64,000 nt of DNA, from positions 30,690,001 to 30,754,000 of the forward strand of contig OX597826.1 in assembly GCA_951406725.2 (NCBI GenBank). Reading direction: 5' to 3'. A program made the position numbers and the translations under genes. Positions 13,389-26,800 of the stretch are shown in pieces. The notes below the pieces were generated by a model. It did not search any database. It was given only the letters and a program-made list of their open reading frames with translations, and was not told the DNA's origin. Source of the stretch: Octopus vulgaris (Eukaryota). The stretch's first letter is position 1. The number at the start of each line of letters is the position of its first letter.

Positions 13389-14016
13389 ATACTACAATTG
13401 TGAATAATTGTATATTAAATTTTGAGATACTAGAATGCGTCATCTCAACTCAGTGTCAAGAGCGAGCCAAAGCATGACCAGTACCACGAAATTCAAAGTC
13501 CGTAGGTAACTTAAAATTGCATGATGGATTGCCGTCATTTCATTCTTTCTTTCTTACCTGTCTGTGTTTGCCTTTTAAGTGCTGTGTTTTTACTGAGATC
13601 CCCCTTTTAGTAGAAGGAATAGCTATATCTCTTTGACTGCTTTTCTAGGAATTGGATGTGTTGGTGAACAATTCGTTGCTAAACCCTTAATTGCACTTAG
13701 TATTACTTAAATTTTCCTCGAAATGGGGCGTTTAGCATACCGAAATCTACTTGGTGTAATTGATAATTATCCCTAATTAATTAATTTCACCCTTTTTATT
13801 ACATTACTGATAACCATATTTTATCCCAGTAAATGTTACCACAGCATTTTGTCTTGGCTATACGCGGAGGTGGAAGGGGGCTGGTGACACAAACTTTCAT
13901 TCAAACTTTGAATTTCGTGGTACTGGTCATGCTTTGGCTCGCTCTGACACTGAGTTGAGATGACGCATTCTGGTATCTCAAAATTTAATATACAATTATT
14001 CACAATTGTATGGTAT

Positions 14017-14113
14017 CCTGCGCCGATGAGAGAAGAAGTCTGGAGAACAAAAGTAGAATTTTCTAATTCTTATGATATCTAAAACTTGATCTCAGAACAC
14101 GTACGTCCGTAGG
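14017..14113 (+). ncRNA. Type I hammerhead ribozyme motif, copy 3 (indels around GAAA)
   Basis: CCTGCG-CCGATGA-GAGA...TCTC-AGAACA-CGTACG-TC-CGTAGG. Confidence 0.6.
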
Positions 14114-14411
14114 TAATGCTTAAAATTGCATGATGGATTGCTGTCATTTCATTCTTTCTTTCTTACCTGTCTGTGTTTGCCTTTAAAAGTGCTGTGTTTT
14201 TACTGAGATCCCCCTTTTAGTAGAAGGAATAGACTATGATCTCTCTTTGACTGCTATTTCTAAATTCGGTGTGTTGGTGAAGGCAATTCGTGATATACCC
14301 TTAATTACTTAGTATTACTTAAATTTTCCTCGAATGGGGCTTTTACATACCGAAATCTACTTGGTGTAATTGATAATTATCCCTAATTAATTAATTTCAC
14401 CCTTTTATTAT

Positions 14412-14443
<32 letters not shown>

Positions 14444-15020
14444 TATATACATACATATGTAAATGTGTGTGTGTGTATGTATATATATGTGAAGTGAACA
14501 TTAGTTTCTGTCTACCAAATCCATTCACAAGTCTTTGGATAGCCCAAGGATATAATAGAAGGCCCTTGTCTAAAGTGCCCTGTATTGAAACTGGACCTAA
14601 GATCATGTGGTTGGAAGGCAAACTTCTTAACTACACACACACACACACACATCAATACACACACACACATATTAATATAAAATGTAGCATGTTTCCCAAA
14701 ACTCTTTCGGAATGACATATATACAAACACACACACAAAGGACATGAAAATACACACACAATATTATATATATATATATACATGCACACACACACATACA
14801 CACAGACAAACACACAAGCAAAAAGGGGTGAACATAAATATCAGAAAGTTACATAAATTTGTGTGTTAATAGATTTACTGCTTGAAGCCTTTGTCGTTAT
14901 ATTGATCGAGCGAAGCCACATAAAAGATGATTGATGGATAAATCTATAGGAGACAGGACACCTGGCCATATGAAATTTTCAAACAACAACAACATTGATA
15001 ATAGCAATAATAGCAATAAC

Positions 15021-15055
<35 letters not shown>

Positions 15056-15180
15056 AGGTATTAATATCAGCAATGATAAAAGTAGCCATTTTCTTTTCCT
15101 CTTTGTTTTCCTATAAAGATAACACAGGTCACACAAGCATTTCTAAAATATATGATTTGTATTTTCTAAAAGCTGTTATA

Positions 15181-15211
<31 letters not shown>

Positions 15212-15212
15212 A

Positions 15213-15998
15213 CACCAAGTAAGTTAGGGGTTGTGGATCCAACCCACTAAGGGATAATATTTATCCAATATACTGTTGGTATAATACCCAAATTATTAAA
15301 ATACAAGTGTTTTTAATTGCAATACAATTAACCTACTTATTGTATTAAATGGGTGAAGGTAAAGAAATATTTTACCATTAATTTATAATACAAATAAAAA
15401 AATGGAGAAACAATTTAGTTGGTTCATCAGCTTTCAGATATTAGAATGTTGACCTATTTATTTATTTAACAAAAAACGAGAACCTTAATAATGTACATAT
15501 ATACATTATAATTCAATACATATAAGATAAGAATACAATTATAAAAATCTTAAAATAAATTGTTGAAATCATTAAAATCACACTTACAACTGTTTTCAGT
15601 GCCTATAGTTGTCAATTATATTGAGGTTGTAGGCATTTAAAAATAGGGTACTTATATATAACCATAGGCCTCGTCAGAGAGGAGAACTTTCAAAATATGA
15701 ATACATGAAACAAGATACATATAACATGGCTCTTATGGCTTATCTATCATATCTAAACAAATGTTTTCTTATTATGAAATATTCTGTAAAAATATTCTGT
15801 GAAATCATATTAATTCGAAGGATAAATATATACATATACGTATAATTTAACTGTGATGAAAAGAAAAAAAATCCTCATATAGATATTGGTGTATATTTGT
15901 ACGTATGTATATATATGTACATGTTGCTTCTGTTTGTTGCCCATACACATGGACTTGTGTGTATGAAGAAGAACAATATTGTAACAACCCTGGTTTAA

Positions 15999-16036
<38 letters not shown>

Positions 16037-16192
16037 GTTTGTATTGATTGTGGTTTTTAAATTTATAAAATTAAATCTACCGTAATGAATTATTTATATT
16101 GTATTGTATTATATGATATATTGGAATCTACTATAATATGTATTGTGAAGTGAAGATTACTCCAAATCTAATAATATTGTTATTATTGATAA

Positions 16193-16231
<39 letters not shown>

Positions 16232-16862
16232 TAATAATAATAATAATAATAATGATATTAGTAATAGTTAAATATTCTTTATGTAGTCATGAGCATGGAT
16301 ATATGTATATGTTCCAGTATATATGTATAAAAATGTATATGACGAGTGGTCTATTTGCTTGGACCTATTGTTTAATTGTGCTTATTTATGTATTTATACA
16401 CATGTAAAGGTGTGTATATACTTTGCTTATGTATGTATAAATATATATGTGAGTATGTGTATATGGATATTTGTTTATATTTATATATATTAAATTGTAC
16501 GTGTATCCTGTTTCATGTATTTATATTTTGAAAGTTCTTTATAATCTCAGACAAGGCCTATGGTTATATATAAGTACCCTATTTTTAAATGCCTACAACC
16601 TCAATATAATTGAGAACAAAAGGTACTGAAAAACTACTTTTTTCCATAGGCTGAAACAGCTGTAAGAGTGATTTTAATGATTTCAATAATTTATATTAAG
16701 ATTTTTATAATTGTATTCTTATCTTATATGTATTGAATTATAATGTATATATGTATGTTATTAAGGTTCTCATTTTTGTTAAATAAATAAATAAGTCAAC
16801 ATACTAATATCTGAAAGCTGATGAACCAACTAAATTGTTTCTCCATCTTCTTATTTGTATTA
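15213..16862. mobile_element. Second head-to-head non-coding element between (TA)n tracts, with hammerhead motifs in both arms
   Basis: ~15387-15720 is the diverged reverse complement of ~16502-16862. Hammerhead-like motifs at 15581-15681 (-) and 16544-16668 (+). Confidence 0.75.
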
Positions 16863-17081
16863 TATATATATACACATATATATACACACATAGTAAATGA
16901 TAATATTATTTACATAGTAAATGATCCGCAAGCAATCAAGCAAACTAAGTCCTCAACTTGTTTCCTTTGCTGAAAGGTTTGCAAAGCAGCAGACCACAAG
17001 AGATACATTCATGATTACTGCTTTATTTTACTGAACTCTCGTTTTTCAGCCATGACGAGAGAATCCATCATGCATATACTC

Positions 17082-17445
17082 TTTACTCTCTTTTACTTGT
17101 TTCAGTCATTTGACTGCGGCCATGCTGGAGCCCAGTACTTATTCTATCGGTCTCTTTTGCCGAACCGCTAAGTGACGGGGACGTAAACACACCAGCATCA
17201 GTTGTCAAGCAATGCTGGCGGAACAAAGACAGACACACAAACATATACATACACATACATACATATATATACATATATACGACAGGCTTCTTTCAGTTTC
17301 CGTCTACCAAATCCACTCACAAGGCATTGGTCGGCCCAAGGCTATAGCAGAAGACACTTGCCCAAGATGCCACGCAGTGGGACTGAACCCAGAACCATGT
17401 GGTTGGTAGGCAAGCTACTTACCACACAGCCACTCCTGCACCTAT
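17082..17445 (-). mobile_element. tRNA-derived SINE (representative near-complete copy of the most abundant family; dozens in the window)
   Basis: Head GTGGCTGTGTGGTAAG...GGTTCAGTCCC (A/B-box-like), internal TA/CA microsatellite, tail ...AAATGACTGAAACAAGTAAAAGAG. Further copies include 18083-18460 (+), 59425-59780 (-) and 62755-63120 (+). Confidence 0.85.
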
Positions 17446-17731
17446 CTATATATATGTAATATCTATACTTACATTTCAACACCGCTCCTCTTAATGAAAG
17501 CCGTACTTGTCATTGTGGTTTTGTGACATGAAACAAAACAGGTCTTTCTGTCAACTCAAGAAAGCAAGGAATAAAGAACCACAAGCACTTGCACAGACTG
17601 AGTCCTCAACTTGTTCCATATGCCAAAAAAGTTTGCAAGGTACCAGCAGGCCTCAAGAGACACGTTTGTGTCTATAGAACATGATTACTGCTTTATTTTA
17701 CTGAACCCTCATTTGTCATTCACAAGAGAAT

Positions 17732-17767
<36 letters not shown>

Positions 17768-19052
17768 AATTGTGTATGGCAAAAAAATATATAATCTTAT
17801 GAACTCGCATGAGCCAGGAGGCTACCTGAACTCCAGGACTGACGCCATTGGGAGTTGTCCACATTTTGGGAAATTTTTACTTCAAAACTGGAAAACCTAG
17901 ATGTCAAGCGAAGGAAGACAACTCGCCCAGCCATAATTTTTTCAGAGGAATATTTTTTCAACTATCACCGGAGTTCTAGTGTTTTTAAAAAACATTCTTT
18001 GCAAAGAACAGTTATCATTTAGAGAAACTGAAGCTAGATATGAAACCAATGGTTTTTTTTCTAAAACTGTTACTTTACACATTGTGGTAAGTAGCTTGCT
18101 TACCAACCACATGGTTCCAGGTTCAGTCCCACTGCATGGCACCTTGGGCAAGTGTCTTCTACTATAGCCTCAGGCTGACCAAAGCCTTGTGAGTGGATTT
18201 GGTAGACGGAAACTGAAAGAAGCTCGTCATATATGTGTGTGTGTGTGTTTGTGTGTCTGTATTTGTCCCCTCCCAACATCACTTGACAACCAATGCAGGT
18301 GTGTTTATGTCCCCATAACTTAGTGGTTCAGCAAAAGGGACCGATAGGATAAGTACTAGGCTTACAGAGAATAAGTCCTGAGGTTGATTTGCTCAACTAA
18401 AGGCTGTGCTCCAGCATGGCTGCAGTCAAATGACTGAAACAAGTAAAAGAATAAAAGAATATATATATCCTGTTTGACCCGTGTGAACATGGAAAAGTGG
18501 GTATTATAATGATGAAGCTTCTGAAGTTTGCTTCCCAACCACATGGCTCCAGGTTCAGTGGCACTGTGTGCCACTTTGGGCAAACAAAATAAACCACTGG
18601 TTTGAATTAAATGGCCGAGGAAGGAAGACAAATAGAAAACAAACAAAACATAAAGAAAACAGCAAAAAAAGTGTTTTTGTTTTTGGTACTAAGTATGTAA
18701 ATGAACAGCCATGTAACCCATCTACAACCAGAAACCTGTCCTGCTCTGCCCCTTATTTTTTCTCTCATGCTTTTCCTCCACTTTAATCCTTATTTTCCTA
18801 GCTTAAAGCCCCCACTCCTTTAGAGCTCAGTCTTACAAGATACACGGCAACCTCACTAGTGCTGATGGCAAGAGAAAAGCACAGGGTATACACTGTAAAG
18901 TGGTCAGTGTTAAGAAGGGGAAGGGCATCCAGCCAGAGAAAACCTTGCCAAAGCAGACCCTGCACCACGATGCAGTTCTTGGACCCATTGGATCCTGTCA
19001 GACCATCCAGCCCATGCCAACATGGAACATGGACATTAACTGATGACGGTGA

Positions 19053-19086
<34 letters not shown>

Positions 19087-20097
19087 GAGGAGGAGGAGGA
19101 GGATATACACTTGTAAAGTGGTCGGTGTTAGGAGGGCATAGAAACCAATCCAGAGTTAACATGAAGCATGATGCAGCCCTGCGGCTCACCTGATCCTGTT
19201 GAACCCTCCAGCCCATGCCAGCATGGAAAACCAACATTAAATGGTGATGAAGAAGAGGATGAGGAGCAGGAGGAGGATATGCACACTGAAAAGTGGTTGG
19301 CATTAGGAACAGCACCCAGCCGTAGGAACCATGTCAGAGTTAACATGGGACAGGAGGTGGCCCAGCAGCTCACCAGATCCTGCCAAACCAACCCAGACAG
19401 AAAAAAAATGGCAGATTATAACTGCTTTAGAAATAATTCCAGAATTGAAGGTTTCCATGCTATTGGAGTGTGGCTCTTTTATGAATCTGAAACATTCCAA
19501 ACTTCATCGAAAGGGAAAAGTAAGGGGAGAACATTGCTTAATGTGCTGATGGAACCCTTTTCACCCCACCCCCCAACATGCAGTCAGTTTGCAAGTATGA
19601 AGTCAAGTTAACACATTCGACAATTAATTTACGAGATGGTTTCTAGTTACTCGCAACCTTTCTCGTTCAATATCTTTTACCTCAGCTTCGAAAATTAATA
19701 ATTTGTTGTCAACAACCTGAAGTCCTCGTTATTTTAAATGGCATTTCTTTCAACTCAGAAGAACGTACGATGCAATTGTATTGCTGCCTTTGCAGTTTAT
19801 GACAGCAGAATGTGACAAAACTTGTCTCTGTAAATTGTGCTTTCAAACATATATATATATATATTATGGAATATTGATTATGCTGGCATCATACAGCAGT
19901 AAGAATACAGTCTGAAGAATCAGCTGCTGTCTCAAACTGTCAGCTCGATACAATGTTAGTTTCTCCATGAAACATAATGTTATTATAAAGACAATATATG
20001 ATTTATGATATAATATATAAAATAAATGTCAAACCATCCAGAAGAACTGGTTTTGTCAGGAGTAACTATCATTGAACAATCATGTACAATGTGTGTT

Positions 20098-20140
<43 letters not shown>

Positions 20141-20570
20141 AATAAAATTAAAAACAGAACTCAAAGGATATATATATATATATCATCATCATCATCATTT
20201 AACATCCGTCTTTCATGCATGCATGGGTAGGACGGTTAACAGGAGCTGGCCAGGTGGAAGATTACCCCAGGCTACTGTGTCTGTTTTGGCAAGGTTTTTA
20301 CGGTCGCCCTTCTTAACACCCTTCCTTTTTATGGATGCCCTTCCTAATACCAACACACTGCAATGTGGACTCAGTGATTCTTATGTGGCTCCAGCACAGG
20401 CAAGGTTAGTTTTGGCATTATTTTTACAGCAGGATGCCCTTCCAAATGCCAACCACTTTACAGTGTGGACTGGATGCATTTTAGATGTGTGTACATGTGT
20501 GTATACATACATACATACATATATATATATGTATGTATGCATGTATACATATATATATATATATATATAT

Positions 20571-20890
20571 ATAGGAAATGGTGGCACAAATTACCAATTT
20601 TTGCTGGAAATAGCAATTGATAACCATTCAAAGCTAGGTAAATCTTCATTGAATATACAGAGGTAAAGACGTGTGTGGGTGGCGGATATAAAAAATTTTC
20701 TTCTTACAGCTAAGAAGAATGCCAGAGAAATGAACAACCTAGTACTTGAGTTTCAAACTTTTCCAAATACATTTGTTATCATAAAACTGATTGGTCTTCA
20801 TCAGTTATTTTCCAGTGAAATAAAGCACCGTAAAGGTAGAATTATAAATAGGAAGTAGTGGCACAACAAGGCACCAATTTTTGCTGGAAA
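20571..20890 (-). repeat. ~277-bp unit with terminal direct repeat and a decayed hammerhead motif (20738-20809)
   Basis: ataggaa.t.gtggcacaa...accaatttttgctggaaa occurs at ~20571 and ~20848. Minus strand has CTGATGA-AGAC...GTTT-GAAA-CTCAAG-TA. Confidence 0.55.
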
Positions 20891-21158
20891 ATAAATATAT
20901 TGTGTTGTAAAAAATATTTATTCTTTTATTAGTTTCAGTCATTTGATTGCAGACATGCTGGAGCACCACCTTTAGTAGAACAAATCGACACCAGGACTTT
21001 GTAGGACTAGTACGGGGACATACTAAGCTTACAAATTCAAGGCTCTGGTCAGCCCAAGACTATAGCAGAAGACACTTGCCCAAGGTGCCACGCAGTGGGA
21101 CTGAACCTGGAACCATGTGGTTGGGAAGCAAGCTACTTACTACACAACCATTCCTACA

Positions 21159-21193
<35 letters not shown>

Positions 21194-22344
21194 GTCATTA
21201 TATATATAGAAATATTATTATTTCTAAGTCTCTCTAAAGGAGACTATGGCAGCAGTACTGGATATTAACAGTTATCACCAAGCTAATATGGCAGTCCATA
21301 AATATAGGACATAACCTGCCGTTGATTAGCTCCAAGAGGCCATCGCCTCTAGCTAGCTATATGACACATGAACCTGTGTCCATTATATATATATATATAT
21401 ATATATCATTATCATCATTGTCAGTTTCCCATGCTAGCATGGATTAGACAGTTCAACAGGAGCTGGCAAATCAGAGGACAGCACAAAGCCTCACCATTTA
21501 TTCCTGCAAGGTTTCTATGGCTGGATGTACTGCATGCTTTTTACTTGGCACCATCACTAGTGGGGTTACCAAGTACATCAAAAGACAATACTATTCAACT
21601 AAAGGTAGGGTAGGTGTGGTATTGAGGGAAGAAGCTCTTTGCCAGGTGACAGGGGTTTAAAGTATGACTAGAGGGACAAGAACAGGTGTTTTGCTGCAGA
21701 GAAGATCCATGGCTAGCCCAGTCGGAAAAGAAAGAGGATGGTGTTGAAGATGTGTGTCAGGGTGTTCCCTCAAGCTACTGGACAGCGAATATAAGTGGTA
21801 AGGGTGGATGAGTAAGTTCATGGGAGTGGATGTGTGAAAGGAGGGTGACAGATGGATAGAGATGGTGACAGAGGGAAATGTAGTGAGTGGTGAATATGGG
21901 TGGAGACAATGGTCAGTCATGAATATCAGTTGGAGGGGAAGGGGGAGGAAGTAGGTGAGGGGCAGGGAGATGAAAGCTGGCAGCAAAGATGTGATGTGGC
22001 AGTGGGGAAGCAAGAGAGCTGCACAGTGCCAGAGATGAAGTCAGAGGTACATAAGGGTGGAAAGAGTGAGAGACAATAAAAGAGGGCTGCCATTGGCTAA
22101 ATTTCATGCATTGGTATTCTTTTATGCTTTTACTTGTTTCAATCATCTGACTGTGGCTATGTTGGAGCACCGCCTTTAGTCAAACAAATCGACCCCAGAA
22201 CTTATTCTTTGCAAGCCTAGTACTTATTCTATCAGTCTCTTTTGCCGAACTGCTAAGTTACAGGGACGGAAGCATACCTACATTGGTTATCAAGCGTCAG
22301 TGGAGGCAGGGGACAAAGACACACAAATATTCATATGTGTATAT

Positions 22345-22401
<57 letters not shown>

Positions 22402-22442
22402 TATATTGTAAATATATGTATATGTATGTGTGTGTTTGTGTG

Positions 22443-23259
22443 TCCCTCACTCCCTCTCTCCCCCTCTCCCTCTTTCCTCCTTCATCCCCTCCTCCCCTTC
22501 CTTCTCCCCCATCCTCTCCTCTTCCCCTTCTCCTCCCCCTCTTCTTCCCCTCGCCTTCTCCCCCTCCCCCTCTTCTCCTCACTACACCACATGACTTTAC
22601 ACATCACATCACATATGATGTGCCATACTAATACACACACCAACTAATACATACTAATACGTACTAATACATACCAGTACATACTAATACTTACACCAAC
22701 CCTATACATACACACGTCCAGACCCCGCATACGCACTTATACTCTCTCACACACACACACACACACCTATACATACCAATACGTACTAATACATACTAAT
22801 ACATACACCAACCCCATACATACGCACGTCCAGACCAATCTTACGCACTAATACTCTCTCATACACACACACACACACACCCATATACATACTAATACAT
22901 ACACCAACCCTATACATACACACATCCAGACCCCTCCCACGCACTTTTAGCTGGTCCCTCAACCCTTTTATCAACCCTATTATCTCCCCTTATTTCGCTC
23001 TCGCGTCTCATGTTTGATCTTTGACCTCTGGCCGAAATCAGATCGCCATGTTGATTCGTTAGCTACTGCACGCATTTTTTTCTCTCCTTCTTTCTGTGTT
23101 TTTCTCTCTCTGTGTATCTTTCTGTTGAAGAGCGTAGGCTCGAAACGTTAAAGACTTGTTTTATTTATATTTCCTGAGCGCCATACTAATACAATTGTTC
23201 GTTTGTTTTCCACCTGCCTTCGTCTTTTGTTTATTTTCATAAAGCTTCCCGTTATATAT
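22443..23259 (+). repeat. 5' pseudo-LTR of the Penelope-like element
   Basis: Direct repeat of 26911-27748, differing mainly in the lengths of simple repeats. Confidence 0.9.
23117..23154 (+). ncRNA. Minimal hammerhead-like motif in the 5' pLTR
   Basis: TCTTT-CTGTTGA-A-GAGC-GTAG-GCTC-GAAA-CG-TT-AAAGA. Stem I TCTTT/AAAGA, stem II GAGC/GCTC, palindrome AACGTT, A6U core variant. Confidence 0.7.
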
Positions 23260-23874
23260 TATGCGCTCACGTGGTCTCACTTTCATCCTATATTCTACCA
23301 ATACCACTATCAACACTTACCTCTACCTTGGATTTTCTTTACCTCTTGGATACTTACCATTGGCTGCACCTCTCTTTCGCGGATCAAAGTGACTTTGCAT
23401 TGATGTGAAATCCTTAAAAAATATACCACGACGTCTACACATTTCTCACCTTGAACTTTCAACCTTGAACTTGTTCGCATAAACTGTCCCGTTTGTTGTA
23501 TTTTTATTTTCTCTTATATTACCACTTTTTTTACATTCATTTCATGCTTCCCACATTTTCCTGAATTTTTGTTCTCCTTTCCGTCTTTCTTCCCTCTCTG
23601 GATGTCCATACTCCGTTTCCTCTGCCTGCACCCCCTTTTTTTGCCTCCCCCTCTCTCTGCTTCCCTTCTTTCTTTCCCTTTTCCGTTTGCCCCGTCTTTT
23701 CTGCCCCTATCGCTTACTTATCTAGTTTTTTCATACGATTATTATTTTTTTGTTTTTTTGAACGTTTGTTTTTTCCCCTTTTTTCGCTATCCCTTTTTTT
23801 CTATTTTTTTCATACGATAATTTTTGTTTTTTGTTTTTTTTGTTTTTTCGAACGTTTTTTTCCGCTATCCCATC

Positions 23875-26800
23875 ATGCCGGATCCTAGGTCCTACCTCCT
23901 CACCCTCCATCACCGTTTGAAGGATCATCTACGTTCGCTTCCTGTATATTGCCTTCAGCCGTCCGTTAATCTCTCTCTACTTCTTTTTAAAAAAACCCGC
24001 TTCTCTAGCCATGTCTCTTTCCTAAGCCGCTGCCTACATCACCGACTCATCCCTAAAGGTTTCCGCCTCCACTTCCACCCTGCTCTCCACTCGGATTCTT
24101 CCATCTTACCCATACTCCGCACCACATCTTACCGCCTTATGCGGGCCACCATTCGCTCCAATCTCTCCAAACTACATGCCATCAACCGCCTTCTTCCTCC
24201 TGCTTTCTCCACCTTCTTCTCCTCTCTGCCGCCTCTCTATGCTCCAAACACGCTACGCTTCATTATCCATTTGAATCAACTCTTCCATCAATTTCTTTCT
24301 GATACCAAACTTCGTAAACTCCAATCACTCTTCCATTCCACCCTACCCGACGCCACTACCCCAACTCCTCCACCACCCTTCTCCCCTCCCGATAGGCTCC
24401 ATCCACCCACACCTAACCCCACTGCCCCTCCCTACAACCCCTTCTCCCCTCCCGTTAGGCTCCATCCACCTACACCTAACCCTACTGCCCCGCCCAACCA
24501 CCCCCCACACACCTCCCCAATCCCTCCCCCTCAGACCTCCACGAGACCTACCACCCCTCCTACTTCTATTCCACCCACCCCTTCTCCACTTCCGTCTGTT
24601 GTTACCATTCCCCCCGATCTTCCCCTCTCTGCGGCTGAACGCTCCGTCCTTGGTAGGGGTCTGCGTTTCATCCCCCTCACTCCATCCTGTAAGGAATTCC
24701 AGACGCGAGTTGATGTCCACAGCTTTGTGCGCCGTGTCCGGTTGGGTGCGCATTACCACGACTCGCCACCCACACCCAACGAAGAGGACGACTGCTTCAC
24801 TGGCCTGGGCCGCCGACCATCCCCGTGGACGCCTGCCCCTGGCCAGATCCTAGCAGTGGATCTTTTCGCGGGCGCTTGTCAGCGTGCATTGGAGCGGTTC
24901 AACTTCTCCAGGCGCCAACGCCGCCTCAACATCTCCCCGGCTGAGCTCTTGGCTCTTCGTTCCCTCCAACGGCGCGCTGACATTATCATCAAACCGGCTG
25001 ACAAGGGTGGAGCTGTAGTGGTGTGGCGCGCGGACCTCTATAGGGCCGAGGCTTTCCGCCAACTCAATGACACCTCCTTCTATTCCCCTCTGCCCTCTAA
25101 CCCCACACGTAGCTACCAACAGACGGTATCCTCTACTGTCCAAGACCTCATCTCGTCCTCCCGTCTCCCCCGCACCGCATCCAACCTAATTGTGCGAACC
25201 CCACGTACCCCCACCATTTACTTCCTCCCCAAAATCCACAAACCCAACAACCCTGGCCGCCCCATCGTCTCCGCCTGTAACTGCCCCACGGAGCTCATCT
25301 CTAAATACCTCGACCGTGTCCTTGCCCCCCTAGTGGCATCTCTTCCCTCCCACATCCACGATACCAACCATGCTCTCCGGCTTTTCAACTCTTTCTCCTT
25401 TCCTCCCGGCTCCTCCAAAATCCTTTTTACTATGGACATCCAAAGCCTCTATACTGTTATCCCTCACCACGAAGGACTGCAGGCCCTTCGACACTTTCTT
25501 GACCTCCGCTCTAACCCTGTACCTGACACCTCCACACTCATTCGTCTGGCCGAACTTGTCCTTACTCTGAACTGCTTCTCGTTCGCGGGCGAGTTCTACC
25601 ATCAGGTCTCGGGAGTGGCCATGGGAACGCGAATGGGCCCCAACTATGCGAACCTGTTCGTTGGCTATGTTGAGGCCCAAATATTCTCTAATTTCACTGG
25701 TCCCACTCCTGAACTATATGGTCGTTATATTGACGACATTATCGGTGCCACCTCACTCTCCCGCGAACATCTCGATTCCTTCCTCTCTTTCGTCCAATCT
25801 TTCCATCCAGCCCTCCACTTCACTTCCACTATCTCCAACACCTCTGTCTCCTTCCTCGACATTTCGGTTAGCATTCTTCACTCCACTCTTACCACCTCCA
25901 TTCACTACAAACACACAGACTCACACTCATACCTCAACTTCTCTTCCTCCCACCCAGAACACACCAAGCTTTCCATCCCCTATTCCCAATTCCTCCGTCT
26001 ACGTAGGCTCTGTAGTGACGACCATGACTTTGAGACTCAGTCTCAACGTATGGCTCACCACTTCACCCTACGTGGATACCCCCTCACCACTATCCACACC
26101 GCCCTTGCCAGAGCACGGTCCGTGGACCGTGTATCTGCTCTCTCTCCCCGAACCCGCCCTGTAGTCTCCCGCCTCCCTTTTCCCCTCACTTACCACCCCA
26201 CGACCCTACGTCTCCAACGCACCATTCTTCGAGCTTTCCGTCATCTCCAGTCCGACCCGTCCACTTCACACCTCTTCCCTAACCGACCCCTCCCCTCTTT
26301 CAAACGAGCCCACAACCTTCGAGACCTTTTGGTCCATAGCTCCTTCCCTGACCCTACCTCCCAACCCGGCTCGCTCCCCTGCTCCCGCCCACGTTGCCGC
26401 ACTTGCCCTTACCTCTCCAACACCACCCGCCTCACTAGCACCCACCATCGACCCTATCCCATCATCCACTCCTTCACCTGCACCTCCAGCAATATTATCT
26501 ATTGCATCTCTTGCTCTCTCTGCAATTCCTTGTACATCGGACAAACGGGACGCCGCTTGGCTGACCGGTTCGCGGAACACCTTCGTGACATCCACCTTGC
26601 GAACGACACACCGGTCTCACGCCATTTCCGCTCCACCGGTCACTCCTTGCAACACCTATCTGTGTTCGGTTTGTCCTTACACAGAGGCCATCCGGATTCC
26701 CGTTTGCGCCGTGAACAGGAATTAATCTTCTCTCTTCGCTCTTATACGCCATTTGGTCTCAACTCTCCCCCCTCCTCATCTAACCCCCCTCTCCCCCCTC

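Larger units (their letters stand above)
12515..14410. mobile_element. Non-coding ~600-bp tandem repeat in head-to-head arrangement, one hammerhead motif per monomer (retrozyme / non-autonomous PLE-like)
   Basis: The unit starting tactaagtaattaagg recurs at ~12515 and ~13100. Orientation flips at ~13499 and the reverse-complement units run to ~14410. (TA)n on both flanks; no ORF >60 aa inside. Confidence 0.85.

Noticed and set aside
17380-17445. tRNA-like A/B boxes (many copies)
   Set aside because: These are heads of tRNA-derived SINEs; I see no complete cloverleaf, so no tRNA genes are called.
19620-19830. Unique-looking sequence with splice-like signals in the 28-kb intron
   Set aside because: The obvious acceptor-donor pair has stops in all three frames, and exons 8 and 9 already join in phase with no gap relative to CCDC138.
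24343-26752. Antisense and alternative-frame ORFs within the Penelope element
   Set aside because: Expected by-products of the C-rich, stop-poor composition; no recognisable domains.
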